This document shows positions 1 to 9,588 of a stretch of 64,000 nucleotides of DNA, piece after piece. The DNA is from Bacteroidales bacterium (GTDB lineage: Bacteria; Bacteroidota; Bacteroidia; Bacteroidales; JAIPAP01). Position numbers and translations under genes: made by a program. The notes beneath the pieces were generated by a model. That model was not told the origin of the DNA. It made no database searches and saw only the letters and a list, made by a program, of their open reading frames with translations. Location: positions 251 to 64,250 of the forward strand of contig JAIPAP010000004.1 in NCBI GenBank assembly GCA_021740045.1, written 5' to 3'. The stretch's first letter is position 1. The number at the start of each line of letters is the position of its first letter.

Positions 1-1338
1 TGGTAAAGGATATAACTTTTCACCTTCCTGCGAATTTCTGATCAAAAAATGCATCGTGACCGGCTTTTCATGAACCCACAAATCAGCATACAAATAATTC
101 AACAGGGAATGCTCAAGGCTGTGATAGGAAGTTTTAGTCCTGACCGCTTTATCACCCTTCTTTATGGAACCATCTGAATTTACTGCTAAATAGGCCCCTC
201 CATAAGTCTTATCTATTAAATAGTTATTCCAGAAATCAGCCCCTTTTCGGAATGCCTTTAAATACGTCTCTTTTGAGGTTTGATGATACAGGTATAAGGA
301 TAGCATATTCCCATAGGCTTGTATCCACCAGGGTGTGGAATTGCTATGAACCGAAGGCTCCTCCAAACCGGTCCGGTGGTACCAAATTCCTGAATCTTCA
401 TCAAATCCAAATTGATAGAGAACTTTGGCCATATGCAGCGCTTGTTGTCGATAGGTATCGTCTCTATTCATTTCAGCCAATCGCAACAGCATCCAAATGA
501 TCTCTGCATTATGGCCGGTATTTAATTCGGTGCTATCGCCTTTGGGTGAATAGGTATAATTCCATTCTTTGTCGAAGCGCTCCAACACCCATGGAGAACC
601 GGTTTTTCGCATTTTATTCAATGCCAGATCCATTACCTTTTTCATTTGTTGCAAATAGGCATCCTCGCGAGTGGCCAGGTAAAGATATACGAGGTATCCT
701 GAAACTGGAGCCAGTTGTGGAGAGAAACTTTTATTATCCTTTGCTACACTCAGGTCGCGGTTCAACTCACGGTAATAGCCACCATACTTATCGTCCCATG
801 CTTCATTACTCAGAATTTCATGGGATCTTTCCACATAATTGAGCACCTGTTTGTCATGGGTAACCAGGTAATACATGGCAAGGCCGGTAACGGCATAAGC
901 CTGATAAAAGCCATCTTTGCTTGAATCGATCACGTTACCCTGCTGATTAAGCGTGTTATACCATCCTCCGTATTTTTTATCCCACCCGTGCCGGATAATA
1001 TAATCCACCAGTTCTGTGGCTTTATCCAGGTATTTCTTGTTACCGGTTAATAAATACCCTGCTGAATAGCTAAACACATGCCTGGAAAGCATGCCAGGAT
1101 ACTTTTCCTTTTGATTATAGGGTTTCCATTGGCGATCGAGGAAAGTATGGAACGTCCCATGGCTGGTATCGATAGCATTTTTTGTCCAGGGTTCGAGGAT
1201 GTGGTTAATTCCTTGATCCACCCAGAACTTTCCTGTTGGAATGTGACTCGTTTCATCCGTCGAAGTTTGGCAAGCTGTATTGAACATCACAACCATCAGC
1301 AACAAGGCAACTGAGTATATTTTTAAGGCTTTCATCAT
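1..1338 (-). CDS. N-acylglucosamine 2-epimerase (AGE)/cellobiose 2-epimerase-family protein with lipoprotein-type signal; C-terminal end runs off the window
   Basis: Absent from the ORF track because there is no stop in the window. Hand translation from the ATG at 1338 gives MMKALKIYSVALLLMVVMFNTACQTS..., and the frame stayed open in the stretches I checked (1-60, 481-540, 1261-1338). Internal GDSTELNTGHNAEIIWMLLR resembles the AGE-family (alpha/alpha)6 motif region. Confidence 0.75.
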   Translation of the reverse strand, partial: MMKALKIYSVALLLMVVMFNTACQTSTDETSHIPTGKFWVDQGINHILEPWTKNAIDTSHGTFHTFLDRQWKPYNQKEKYPGMLSRHVFSYSAGYLLTGNKKYLDKATELVDYIIRHGWDKKYGGWYNTLNQQGNVIDSSKDGFYQAYAVTGLAMYYLVTHDKQVLNYVERSHEILSNEAWDDKYGGYYRELNRDLSVAKDNKSFSPQLAPVSGYLVYLYLATREDAYLQQMKKVMDLALNKMRKTGSPWVLERFDKEWNYTYSPKGDSTELNTGHNAEIIWMLLRLAEMNRDDTYRQQALHMAKVLYQFGFDEDSGIWYHRTGLEEPSVHSNSTPWWIQAYGNMLSLYLYHQTSKETYLKAFRKGADFWNNYLIDKTYGGAYLAVNSDGSIKKGDKAVRTKTSYHSLEHSLLNYLYADLWVHEKPVTMHFLIRNSQEGEKLYPLP

Positions 1339-1345
1339 CTCCTTT

Positions 1346-2932
1346 TTATTTGATCATCAGTTCCACAGGTTCATCCGGCTTCAGGATTAAAGATTTGGGG
1401 CGCACATGACTACCCATGCTATTGATCTCCACCCAGCGGGGCTGTTCTTCTATAAACCGGGTGATCTCCTGTTCGGTCACATAGTTCCGTGTTTCGCGGT
1501 AGGGAACCACATATATGGCACTAAGTTTTGAATGATCACTTTGCCCGGGCGTTTCAATCCTAAGTTGTATTTTCCCGTCTTTTTCACCACTTATGTATTT
1601 TTCCCTTGATAGGCCATGAAACGCCAGGGCATGCCATCTTTCATGATAGGTATAGATGTATTTTTCCCGGGCACCTTCTTCATAGGCCTCTTTATCCTGC
1701 TGCGGATTAAAATGCCCTATCTTCTCCCATGAATTATTGGTTTTAAGATAAAGGGTATGTTCATTATGGTCGAAATCAAAGCCGTATATCCAGAGGTCGA
1801 AATGGGTATTGGCCCTAACTGCATGCTGTTTCTCCAGCATTCGTAAATAAGAATACACAAAACGGTCTTTGGAAGTGCCATAAACGGAACCGGCCGGCCC
1901 TATTCCACCCCAGGCATTAGGAACAAAAGGATCGAATGATACTTTGTAGCCGGTAGCATTACCGATGCCTTGGCGGGATTGCCGTTTATAACCGGTGGAG
2001 GCATAGTTGGGCCAATACCAGCCGATACCGTCAGCGTTGCCTTTAAGCATAGCTTCTATATTGCGGTCAATTTCGTAACGGCTTGGTGTGTATCCCAGTT
2101 TTATGGTATGCATCTGCCCAAGCTGATAAGCTTTTATCCTGTATTTTTCTGCAATCTCTTTGGTATAGGCAGCCACATCCGTTATATAGGCATCCGTTTT
2201 TTCCATGCCATAACCCCGGTTAAAATACCCCCGGTACACATCGGAAAAAATAAAATCAGGAAGGGTTCCCAGCTCATTGCACTCCTTAACAAACTCACCG
2301 ATTACCGAATATTCCCCGGCCATTTCTTCGGAGGCATTGTGAGGATGATGCATAAAAATGCCCACTTCAGCATTGGGCATGGCTTGTTTTAGATTTTTTT
2401 GCAAATGGGAATACGCCTTTGGTCCATACTGCATGAATTGCTCCAATTGCTTGATATATCCATTATCCTCTCCCTTTACCATCCCGAAGGCTCCTAAAGG
2501 TGCTTCATCAAAAAGGGTGACACGGGCAAACTCCGGGTAATGCTTCCGATAAATCTCTCCCAGTTTCCTGAAATTTTTTAGTATAGTTTCGCGAGCCAAG
2601 GGTTTTTCCACAAAATCCCGAATGCTGACCTCTTTTCCCGGACCAATCTCAATCCAGGTTTTTGGAATATCCAAATCCTTGCAAGTGGACAAAAACATTT
2701 CCAGTTTCCGGGGTTCATTCATACCCGAAGAGTAGGGAATAATGCCATTACGGCGGGCAAACAAAAGCATGTTTTCCAATAGCATTGGATCTTTATCTTG
2801 TAACTTTTGTGCGCCGACCCACATAAAAATTTCAAGCTCATCATCCTGCCCTTTCAAAGGGGTTTCCAGTAAAAACAGCATGAGGAAAAACGCTAGAAAA
2901 AACCGGATCGTTTTGCTTTTTTTGTTTTTCAT
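1346..2932 (-). CDS. Secreted hypothetical protein (possibly glycoside-hydrolase-like; family not recognised)
   Basis: 528-aa ORF with ATG at 2932 and signal peptide MKNKKSKTIRFFLAFFLMLFLLETPLKGQ. It sits 7 bp upstream of the AGE-family gene on the same strand, so an operon is likely. Confidence 0.6.
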   Translation of the reverse strand: MKNKKSKTIRFFLAFFLMLFLLETPLKGQDDELEIFMWVGAQKLQDKDPMLLENMLLFARRNGIIPYSSGMNEPRKLEMFLSTCKDLDIPKTWIEIGPGKEVSIRDFVEKPLARETILKNFRKLGEIYRKHYPEFARVTLFDEAPLGAFGMVKGEDNGYIKQLEQFMQYGPKAYSHLQKNLKQAMPNAEVGIFMHHPHNASEEMAGEYSVIGEFVKECNELGTLPDFIFSDVYRGYFNRGYGMEKTDAYITDVAAYTKEIAEKYRIKAYQLGQMHTIKLGYTPSRYEIDRNIEAMLKGNADGIGWYWPNYASTGYKRQSRQGIGNATGYKVSFDPFVPNAWGGIGPAGSVYGTSKDRFVYSYLRMLEKQHAVRANTHFDLWIYGFDFDHNEHTLYLKTNNSWEKIGHFNPQQDKEAYEEGAREKYIYTYHERWHALAFHGLSREKYISGEKDGKIQLRIETPGQSDHSKLSAIYVVPYRETRNYVTEQEITRFIEEQPRWVEINSMGSHVRPKSLILKPDEPVELMIK

Positions 2933-3138
2933 ACATTCCAGGTATTAACCCAATAAAGATGGATAAAGATAAAAAAGATTTATTTACCGGTATCGGGATT
3001 ATTAAGGGTTGTGCATTTTAACAGTGTTAAAAACAAAAATAGTTGCATACTTTTTAAACTAAGTTTATATTTATACACTGCTGTATTAGCAAAAAACTAT
3101 ACCATTGAAAATCAATACAAACTAAAATAAAGCTGGGT

Positions 3139-3636
3139 ATGTCAAGATTAGATAATATTCTAAAACTTGGAAATTCGCGTTTACACCAGATTTCCGAACC
3201 CATCAGGGAAAATGAATTAAGCGAGGCTCACATGGTGGCCATTGAAATGAATAAGCTGATCATTGATTTCCGCCGCGAATACGGAGCCGGACGGGCTATT
3301 TCGGCACCACAAATCGCCTACAAAAAACGCTTGATCTGCATGCATAACGAAGGCATGCATGTTTTCATCAACCCCGAACTCTATGATGAAAGCGATGAAA
3401 TGATGGAACTGTGGGATGATTGCATGAGCTTCCCGGAACTATTGGTGAAGGTAAGAAGGCATAAATCCTGCAAGATGAAATACCGTGATCTGAACTGGGA
3501 AGAAAAACATATTGAATTGAAAGATGATCTGTCAGAGCTCTTCCAGCATGAGGTGGATCACCTCGAAGGTATCCTGGCCACACAACGAGCTATTGATGAT
3601 AAGGCGTTTATGTGGAGGAGTGAGAGGAAAGTTTAA
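3139..3636 (+). CDS. def: Peptide deformylase
   Basis: 165 aa carrying the three PDF motifs in divergent form: GRAISAPQI (GxGxAAxQ), DDCMSFPE (EGCLS-like, Cys ligand) and QHEVDHLEG (HExxH). Confidence 0.85.
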   Translation: MSRLDNILKLGNSRLHQISEPIRENELSEAHMVAIEMNKLIIDFRREYGAGRAISAPQIAYKKRLICMHNEGMHVFINPELYDESDEMMELWDDCMSFPELLVKVRRHKSCKMKYRDLNWEEKHIELKDDLSELFQHEVDHLEGILATQRAIDDKAFMWRSERKV

Positions 3637-3800
3637 AGTGGAAAGTGGAAAGTTTAAAGTCTAAAGTTTAAAGTTTCTCCCATCTACCTTCTATCTTCTA
3701 CATTCTTTCTTATTTTTTCGCTGAAGCGGATTTGTAATCCGCTCTCCATCCCCTGTTGCTTCCGGATTATGTGGCCGGGTTACAAATCTGGCCGAGCGGG
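3624..3800. repeat. Composite intergenic repeat: two 7-nt-periodic arrays followed by the AGCGGATT-TGT-AATCCGCT hairpin unit
   Basis: Heptamers gaggaaa/gtttaaa/gtggaaa/gtggaaa/gtttaaa/gtctaaa/gtttaaa/gtttctc span 3624-3679, and ccatcta/ccttcta/tcttcta/cattctt/tcttatt span 3680-3714. A perfect 8-bp stem with 3-nt loop lies at 3725-3743, and a degenerate inverted copy gggttacaaatctgg lies near 3776-3790. The same unit recurs at 37.2 kb and 51.5 kb. Confidence 0.7.
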
Positions 3801-4009
3801 AGTGTTTACCATCAACTTTTTATCTTATATCAGATTATGTGCTCATTAAAAGGGTTTTTTCAGATGTTGCTTTATTCATCCTTTATCGGGATTCATTTTA
3901 TTGAAAGAAAAAACACCTCAAGTTGCAGGTTCATACCGGTAACACGAAACCCAAATAGTGAGTTGCAGCCGGTCATAAGAATCTTATTCGAGCGAAATAA
4001 CTCTCCAAA

Positions 4010-5815
4010 TTAATCAGTAATTCCCATTTCTTTCATTAAAAAGGAAGCATTAAGTTTCTGGCTAATCCCTGGTTTTAGTTTGTAATCGAAATGCAGCTGA
4101 TTATCGCGAATTTCCACTTCAAAACATTTATTGGTAATCGCTCCGGGATAAGATTTTTCAAGTTCTCCCAGGGCAAGATCATGGGTAGCAATAATTCCTG
4201 CGGCCTTATACCGAAGCAATTTTTCGATGAATTTTTCGGAGCCGGCATGTTTGTCCTTGGAATTGGTACCCCTTAGTATTTCGTCAAGCAACACAAATAC
4301 TTCTTCATCTTCTTCGAGGAGCCCGATGATATTTTTGAGTTTTTTGAGTTCAGCAAAAAAGTAAGATTCATTTTCAAAAAGGGAGTCATTGATCCTGATC
4401 CTTCCCTGCAAACGAATGGGGCTAAAAACCATGGAAGAACCGATTACCGGTGAACCCATCATAGCAAGGATCAGGTTAACGCCTATGGTTCTCAAAAACG
4501 TACTTTTTCCTGCCATATTCGCCCCGGTGATGATAGTAAATTTATTTAGGCCTTCTATCTTAAAATCATTATTCACGCGCCTTTCAGCAGGTATTAACGG
4601 ATGCCCGGTATTTTTTGCGTCAAAAATAAAATTGCCGGTATTGCATTGGGGGAAACAGGTGGACGCATGATTATTATAACCAAATGCCGACAGACTGTTC
4701 AAAGCATCGAACTCGGCTATCACGTCAAACCATCTATCCACATCATCGAAATATTTATTTTTCCATTTTTCGAGCCGGTAAAGGTTGTGAAGATCCATCA
4801 TTACAAGGGCATTAAGCAAAAAACCCACAAGCAGGTTAAGTCGGGTATCGAACCGGTTTAAGATCCGGGAAAGCTTATGGATTATCCAACTTGCCGTATA
4901 ATCACCATGCTTTAACTCCTCTTGCAGTGATCTTAACTTATCGGATTTAAAGGTGTTATCTTCTATCATGCTGAGCAAAGTGGCATAACGTTCAAGCGTG
5001 GAGGCTTGCCTCGAAAGCATATGGTGATTCCGGTTGATACTGTTCAGGTTTCGCCCGATGATCATCAGGTTAAGGATGATAAATGCAATGGGCATGAACC
5101 AATGAATAATTCCGGCAATAAATAAACCGAATGTGAGCAAAGTCAATGCAGGTATAACATTGAGTATAACCGGCAGCCATTTTTTTCCTAGAAGAATAAA
5201 CGGCTCCTGAAGCCATTTCAGCAAGTTTGCTTTCTCACGCCCGGTACCTTCCAGGAGCATTCCCTCGGCCTGGAATTGTTGCCTGAATTCGGGATGATCA
5301 ATCATTTCACTGCACGCTTCCTGGTTGGCTTCAATTTTTTTCTTATCCATAAAAGGCTCCTTCAACCATGTTGCCAGCTTTTGACTACCGGGAGCAGTGA
5401 CGCAACGGTTGAGGTATTGAAATAATGAAGCCTTTCCAAAAACATCCAAATCATATAAATAAGGATGTTCATAATCCATAAAGGCCATCCCATCATTGCG
5501 GTGGACATAATTATGATCAAGAAATTGCAACTCGTCCTTATTAACCGTGATCTTGTTTTGGAGCAATTGTTTGTACCGTTCAATACGGTTATGGCGGCCT
5601 GCGACAATGCCAAAAACAACAAGCAATCCAAAAAATCCGGAAAGGGCAACAGCCAGGTTGCCGGCATTGATAAAATATCCCAGAACCACCAGGGAAGATA
5701 TAAAGGTAACCAATCGTAAAACAGTATAAAGATCAATCCTTCGTTTTACCTGTTGAAGCTCTCCTTCCAGTTTATCAACGTTCCATTGATATGTAGCTTT
5801 TGGATTAAATTGCAT
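4010..5815 (-). CDS. MutS-related ATPase (MutS domain V only) with N-terminal transmembrane segments
   Basis: 601 aa with Walker A TGANMAGKSTFLRTIG and the MutS-type DEILRGTNSKDK plus THD motifs. Hydrophobic helices occur near the N-terminus and mid-protein, and no mismatch-binding domain is recognisable. Confidence 0.8.
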   Translation of the reverse strand: MQFNPKATYQWNVDKLEGELQQVKRRIDLYTVLRLVTFISSLVVLGYFINAGNLAVALSGFFGLLVVFGIVAGRHNRIERYKQLLQNKITVNKDELQFLDHNYVHRNDGMAFMDYEHPYLYDLDVFGKASLFQYLNRCVTAPGSQKLATWLKEPFMDKKKIEANQEACSEMIDHPEFRQQFQAEGMLLEGTGREKANLLKWLQEPFILLGKKWLPVILNVIPALTLLTFGLFIAGIIHWFMPIAFIILNLMIIGRNLNSINRNHHMLSRQASTLERYATLLSMIEDNTFKSDKLRSLQEELKHGDYTASWIIHKLSRILNRFDTRLNLLVGFLLNALVMMDLHNLYRLEKWKNKYFDDVDRWFDVIAEFDALNSLSAFGYNNHASTCFPQCNTGNFIFDAKNTGHPLIPAERRVNNDFKIEGLNKFTIITGANMAGKSTFLRTIGVNLILAMMGSPVIGSSMVFSPIRLQGRIRINDSLFENESYFFAELKKLKNIIGLLEEDEEVFVLLDEILRGTNSKDKHAGSEKFIEKLLRYKAAGIIATHDLALGELEKSYPGAITNKCFEVEIRDNQLHFDYKLKPGISQKLNASFLMKEMGITD

Positions 5816-5844
5816 AATAATTTTAAATTTTATTGACTAACGGT

Positions 5845-6801
5845 TTATCCCCTATAAACCAGGTACAGGAGATAAGCCACATAGCACATTACGAAAAAAA
5901 CACCGCTATACCTTCCGATATGGCTTTTGCGATTGATTACAATAGCGATAATGATAAGGGTAGATGAAAGCACCGTGACCAGGATGTCGAGGTTACTGAT
6001 CAAATTGAAGGGCAAGGGTTTAATAAGGGCGCTCAGGCCGAGCACCCACAGAATGTTAAAAATGTTCGACCCCACAACATTACCCACGGCGATGTCGGCA
6101 TTTTTCTTCATAGCCGCTACTATGGAGGTCACCAGTTCGGGCAGCGAAGTCCCGATGGCAACAATGGTGAGCCCAACGAAACTTTCACTCAGTCCTATTA
6201 GTGTGGCTAGGTGCACCGCTCCGTCAACTACCCATTTTCCACCAAAAAACAGCATGACCACACCCGCACTTATTAACAGCACTGATTTCCTGACAGCCAA
6301 CAAAGGCTCTTCGCCTTCTAAACCAGGTTCTTCCTTTTCCCTTGACATAGCAAACACATAAGCCATAAAAAGAATGAAAAAGAACATCAGGATACCGCCA
6401 TCGGCACGACTGATGAGCAAGGTTTGTTTTACATCAAACAGGGCGGCATTAGCAAGAAAACCCAATAAAACCGCCGCAGCCAAAGCAAAGGGTATTTCCG
6501 AAAAAACCGTACTCCGCTTAATCGGCAAGGGTTGAAAAATAGCCGAAAGTCCCAGTATCAGCAAAACATTGGCAATATTACTACCCAACACATTTCCGAT
6601 GGCGATGGGAGCATTGCCCGTTGCACTTGCAAAAACATTAATGATCATTTCGGGTAAGGAAGTCCCCAGGGAAACGATGGTAAGGCCAATGACCAGTTCG
6701 CTTATGCGGTAACGGCGGGCCAACGATGAAGAACCTTTTACCAGCCAATCGGCCCCCTTTATCAACAAGACGAATCCAATTATAAAGAGCAGATAGATCA
6801 T
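5845..6801 (-). CDS. Ca2+/Na+ antiporter (CaCA/YrbG family)
   Basis: 318-aa polytopic protein with two alpha-repeat motifs, GTSLPEMIINV and GTSLPELVTSI. A 4-nt ATGA overlap links it to the upstream MscS gene. Confidence 0.9.
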   Translation of the reverse strand: MIYLLFIIGFVLLIKGADWLVKGSSSLARRYRISELVIGLTIVSLGTSLPEMIINVFASATGNAPIAIGNVLGSNIANVLLILGLSAIFQPLPIKRSTVFSEIPFALAAAVLLGFLANAALFDVKQTLLISRADGGILMFFFILFMAYVFAMSREKEEPGLEGEEPLLAVRKSVLLISAGVVMLFFGGKWVVDGAVHLATLIGLSESFVGLTIVAIGTSLPELVTSIVAAMKKNADIAVGNVVGSNIFNILWVLGLSALIKPLPFNLISNLDILVTVLSSTLIIIAIVINRKSHIGRYSGVFFVMCYVAYLLYLVYRG

Positions 6802-7730
6802 TGCTTTTGTTGCTCCTTGATGGTAAGTTGCAGGGGATTGATCTCTTCACCCCAATAAACGGTTGTATGCGGGAACGGTATTTCGATGTTTTGTTCATCA
6901 AAAGCCTTCTTAAGACGTTTTCGGTATTCCCGTCCTATGGTCCATTGTTGTATGGGTTTTGTCTTGAGCCGTGCCTTAATAATGATGGCGCTATCCCCAA
7001 ATTTATCCAGCCCAAAAACTTCGATGGGTTCAATTATATGGTTTCCAAATTCAGGGTCTTTCTTAAGCTCATCACCCACTTCTTTCATTATTTTCATTAC
7101 CTGCTCGGTATCCTCTTTATAGGCTACGCCTACATCAAAAACCATCGCCGACCACTCCTTGGTCATATTCGACATGGTGTTTATCTTTCCATTTTGGATA
7201 ATATGCACCACCCCCGAAAAATCGCGCAAAGTAACGGTGCGAAGCTCGATCTTTTCTACTAAACCACCGGTACCGTTAATAATAGCTACATCACCGGTTC
7301 GAACCTGGTTTTCGAGCAAGAGAAAGAAACCCGAAATAATATCCCTGACCAGTTCCTGCGCACCAAAACCGATCGCCAATCCGACAATTCCGGCACCGGC
7401 CAGCAGCGGGCCAATGTTGATCCCAAAGTGCTTTAGCAGGATCATGATCAGGATAATCCACAAGGTTATCTTGGCAGCTCCCTTAAAAATCCCAATAAGT
7501 GTGTTGATACGTTTGTCATATTCGCCTGTATCCTCCGTTTCCTCTTTCTCCAGTTTACGCTTTTCAACCGTTTTCCTGATCTTTTTTTCAAGAAGGTTAA
7601 TTGACTTCAAAGCGATAATGAAGACAATGATAGCCACTAAAATGGCCGGAAGACTTTCGGCGACCCATTTGTTAAATTGAGCTAGAATATTGCTTATAAG
7701 CTCATTATCAATATTCAATAATTCCTTCAT
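6798..7730 (-). CDS. Mechanosensitive ion channel (MscS family)
   Basis: 310 aa with N-terminal TM helices, the pore-helix region GIVGLAIGFGAQELVRDIISGFFLL and a following beta-domain (GDVAIINGTGGLVEKIELRTVTLRD). Confidence 0.85.
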   Translation of the reverse strand: MKELLNIDNELISNILAQFNKWVAESLPAILVAIIVFIIALKSINLLEKKIRKTVEKRKLEKEETEDTGEYDKRINTLIGIFKGAAKITLWIILIMILLKHFGINIGPLLAGAGIVGLAIGFGAQELVRDIISGFFLLLENQVRTGDVAIINGTGGLVEKIELRTVTLRDFSGVVHIIQNGKINTMSNMTKEWSAMVFDVGVAYKEDTEQVMKIMKEVGDELKKDPEFGNHIIEPIEVFGLDKFGDSAIIIKARLKTKPIQQWTIGREYRKRLKKAFDEQNIEIPFPHTTVYWGEEINPLQLTIKEQQKQ

Positions 7731-7933
7731 AGCTTGCCTGTTTCTATGTATTCCATACTAAACCACCCGGAGATAATCATTCCCCGCATATTGCAAAACT
7801 AAGAAATTGTATTCTATTGTGTCAATGAGGAATATTTCAGTATAAATCCTCACTTCCTTTGTGGCTTTAAAGGAATACCGGCGCTAATCCTGTTTTGTAT
7901 AGGAACCCGCTTAAGAGGATTGATTCGCTCTTA

Positions 7934-8059
7934 TTAAAATATATCGAGAAGCACCTCGCCCAGACCAAGGAATATGGCCAACCATATCAATCCTTTTATA
8001 AAAAAGAACAGAAATCCTGCTATGCCGAGGCGTTTAAGCCAATATTTAAACTTTTCCAT
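7934..8059 (-). CDS. Candidate small membrane protein (41 aa), below the ORF-track cutoff
   Basis: Hand translation gives MEKFKYWLKRLGIAGFLFFFIKGLIWLAIFLGLGEVLLDIF*. Its ATG overlaps the stop of the upstream ABM gene (TAATG at 8057-8061). It has a single hydrophobic helix with a basic N-terminus. Confidence 0.5.
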   Translation of the reverse strand: MEKFKYWLKRLGIAGFLFFFIKGLIWLAIFLGLGEVLLDIF

Positions 8060-8376
8060 TATTCCGCAATCACTTTATACGTTTTGAATGTACTTTTCAT
8101 AGGGGGATCAAGCCCTTGATCCTTCGCCTTTCTAATGTCTTCGAATCCCCGTTTATGCCCTTCCACAAATTCGGGGGAATTGGTCCAGGCCCTAAAATGC
8201 TCCTCCTTTTCCCAGTGGCTTACAATCAAGTAATCACCTCCTTCTTCGGGTTTGAGTACTTTCATCCACTTAAAGCCGGGCATACGGTCGATGGCCTTAG
8301 CCCGGCTGGCAAATAACTCTTCAAACCGTTTCTGGTAATGATCTTTACAACTTATATAATTAATTGCTACAAACAT
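8059..8376 (-). CDS. Antibiotic-biosynthesis-monooxygenase (ABM) domain protein, IsdG/HmoA-like
   Basis: 105-aa ferredoxin-like ABM pattern (FVAINYI...PGFKWMKVLKP...YLIVSHWEKEEHFRAWTNSPEF). Confidence 0.75.
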   Translation of the reverse strand: MFVAINYISCKDHYQKRFEELFASRAKAIDRMPGFKWMKVLKPEEGGDYLIVSHWEKEEHFRAWTNSPEFVEGHKRGFEDIRKAKDQGLDPPMKSTFKTYKVIAE

Positions 8377-8583
8377 GTGCCATGTTTTTCAGCAAATATA
8401 ATCATTATTTGGAACGATTCCATATAAAAATAATCGATACTGATTCAGTGGCACTTAGATTTGTTTTATTACTGTATTTTGCCAAAGACCAACGCTAACT
8501 TTTAATAAGGGCATTTGGCGATTGGTTTCAAAAGCATTCATCATATCTTGCCATACACCGTGACGGTTCTAAAAGCCAATACA

Positions 8584-8615
8584 TAAAAAAGCCCCCTGAT
8601 TAATGCAGAGGGCTT
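8584..8615 (-). terminator. Rho-independent terminator downstream of the DUF4382 gene
   Basis: Minus-strand reading is GCCCTCTG-cattaat-CAGGGGGC followed by TTTTTTAT. The 8-bp stem includes one G-U pair. Confidence 0.6.
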
Positions 8616-8637
8616 CGAGTTATGTTTATAAAGTCAA

Positions 8638-9588
8638 TTATTTAATCCCAATCAGGCCGGTGATCTCAAGATCAAGGGTAACTTCCGAATTAGCTTCTAC
8701 GTTAACACTACCCAGCAGCAAGCCATCGATGGTACTATTGGCCTGGAGCATACCTTCAAAGGTCACATTGCCATTGCTGTCTTCATTGTATGAGGCGCAA
8801 TGGATCTCGTATTCACCTTCATCGAGGAATGACAGGCGGTAACTACCATCGCCCTGTATTTGGGCACTGGTAACAGCATTGGCAAACCTTACATCGCTAC
8901 TACCCTGTCCGTGGGTCTCGGTACTTGAGTTGAATTCACCTTTGTGATAGGCATACACAACGATCTTATCACTTTCATTGTAGTTGTCTTCGGCATTACC
9001 TTGTATATGGCCCGACTCGCCTTCAACCACCATCCGCATGGCGTTATTCATTTCAGCATCGGTTACAAAGCTATACCGGCTTTGCTGACTTTCGCTATGC
9101 GTTACGGCTTTGCGAAGGTTGAAGTCAACCACCAGATCTGTGGTTGATTCCGAATCAACATCAAATCCATTGCTGATGGTAAATTCACCTTGTCCCTGCG
9201 CTGTTGCTGCAAGATTGTGCTTTTCATTGTCATCGGTCATTACATAGCAACCGGGGCTGTTGCCCGATGCGTCCTGCTCATAATCCAGCACCATGGTAAG
9301 TTGGTTATAGCTACCCACTTCCATATCATCATCCAACAATACTTCGGTATTACCTTGTTGGTAAGCGGTAAGATCGATCGTTTGCTTACTGAAACCACCA
9401 ACCGACTCCCCGTCAATCATCACTTCACTAACAGTTACAAAGGCTCCCTGTACTTCAGCATTATCTATAGGTGCATCGGTCATTTTAACCCTTACACCTG
9501 CATTATCATCATCATCTTTACCACATTGGGTAAAAACCAGGATTGATCCTACTAAAATTAAACTCATTAAAATTCTAATCAACTTCAT
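8638..9588 (-). CDS. DUF4382-like lipoprotein
   Basis: The track ORF begins at a TTG (9639). I prefer the ATG at 9588, which gives MKLIRILMSLILVGSILVFTQCGKDDDD (lipobox). VKMTDAPIDNAEVQGAFVTVSEVMIDG resembles the DUF4382 N-terminal pattern. Confidence 0.7.
   Translation of the reverse strand: MKLIRILMSLILVGSILVFTQCGKDDDDNAGVRVKMTDAPIDNAEVQGAFVTVSEVMIDGESVGGFSKQTIDLTAYQQGNTEVLLDDDMEVGSYNQLTMVLDYEQDASGNSPGCYVMTDDNEKHNLAATAQGQGEFTISNGFDVDSESTTDLVVDFNLRKAVTHSESQQSRYSFVTDAEMNNAMRMVVEGESGHIQGNAEDNYNESDKIVVYAYHKGEFNSSTETHGQGSSDVRFANAVTSAQIQGDGSYRLSFLDEGEYEIHCASYNEDSNGNVTFEGMLQANSTIDGLLLGSVNVEANSEVTLDLEITGLIGIK

Noticed and set aside
3756-4013. 85-aa ORF in the def/MutS-like intergenic region, and similarly the 84-aa ORF at 51449-51703
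   Set aside because: Both are laid over the hairpin and heptamer repeat elements, and their translations merely reflect the repeats. No start context or family resemblance is present.
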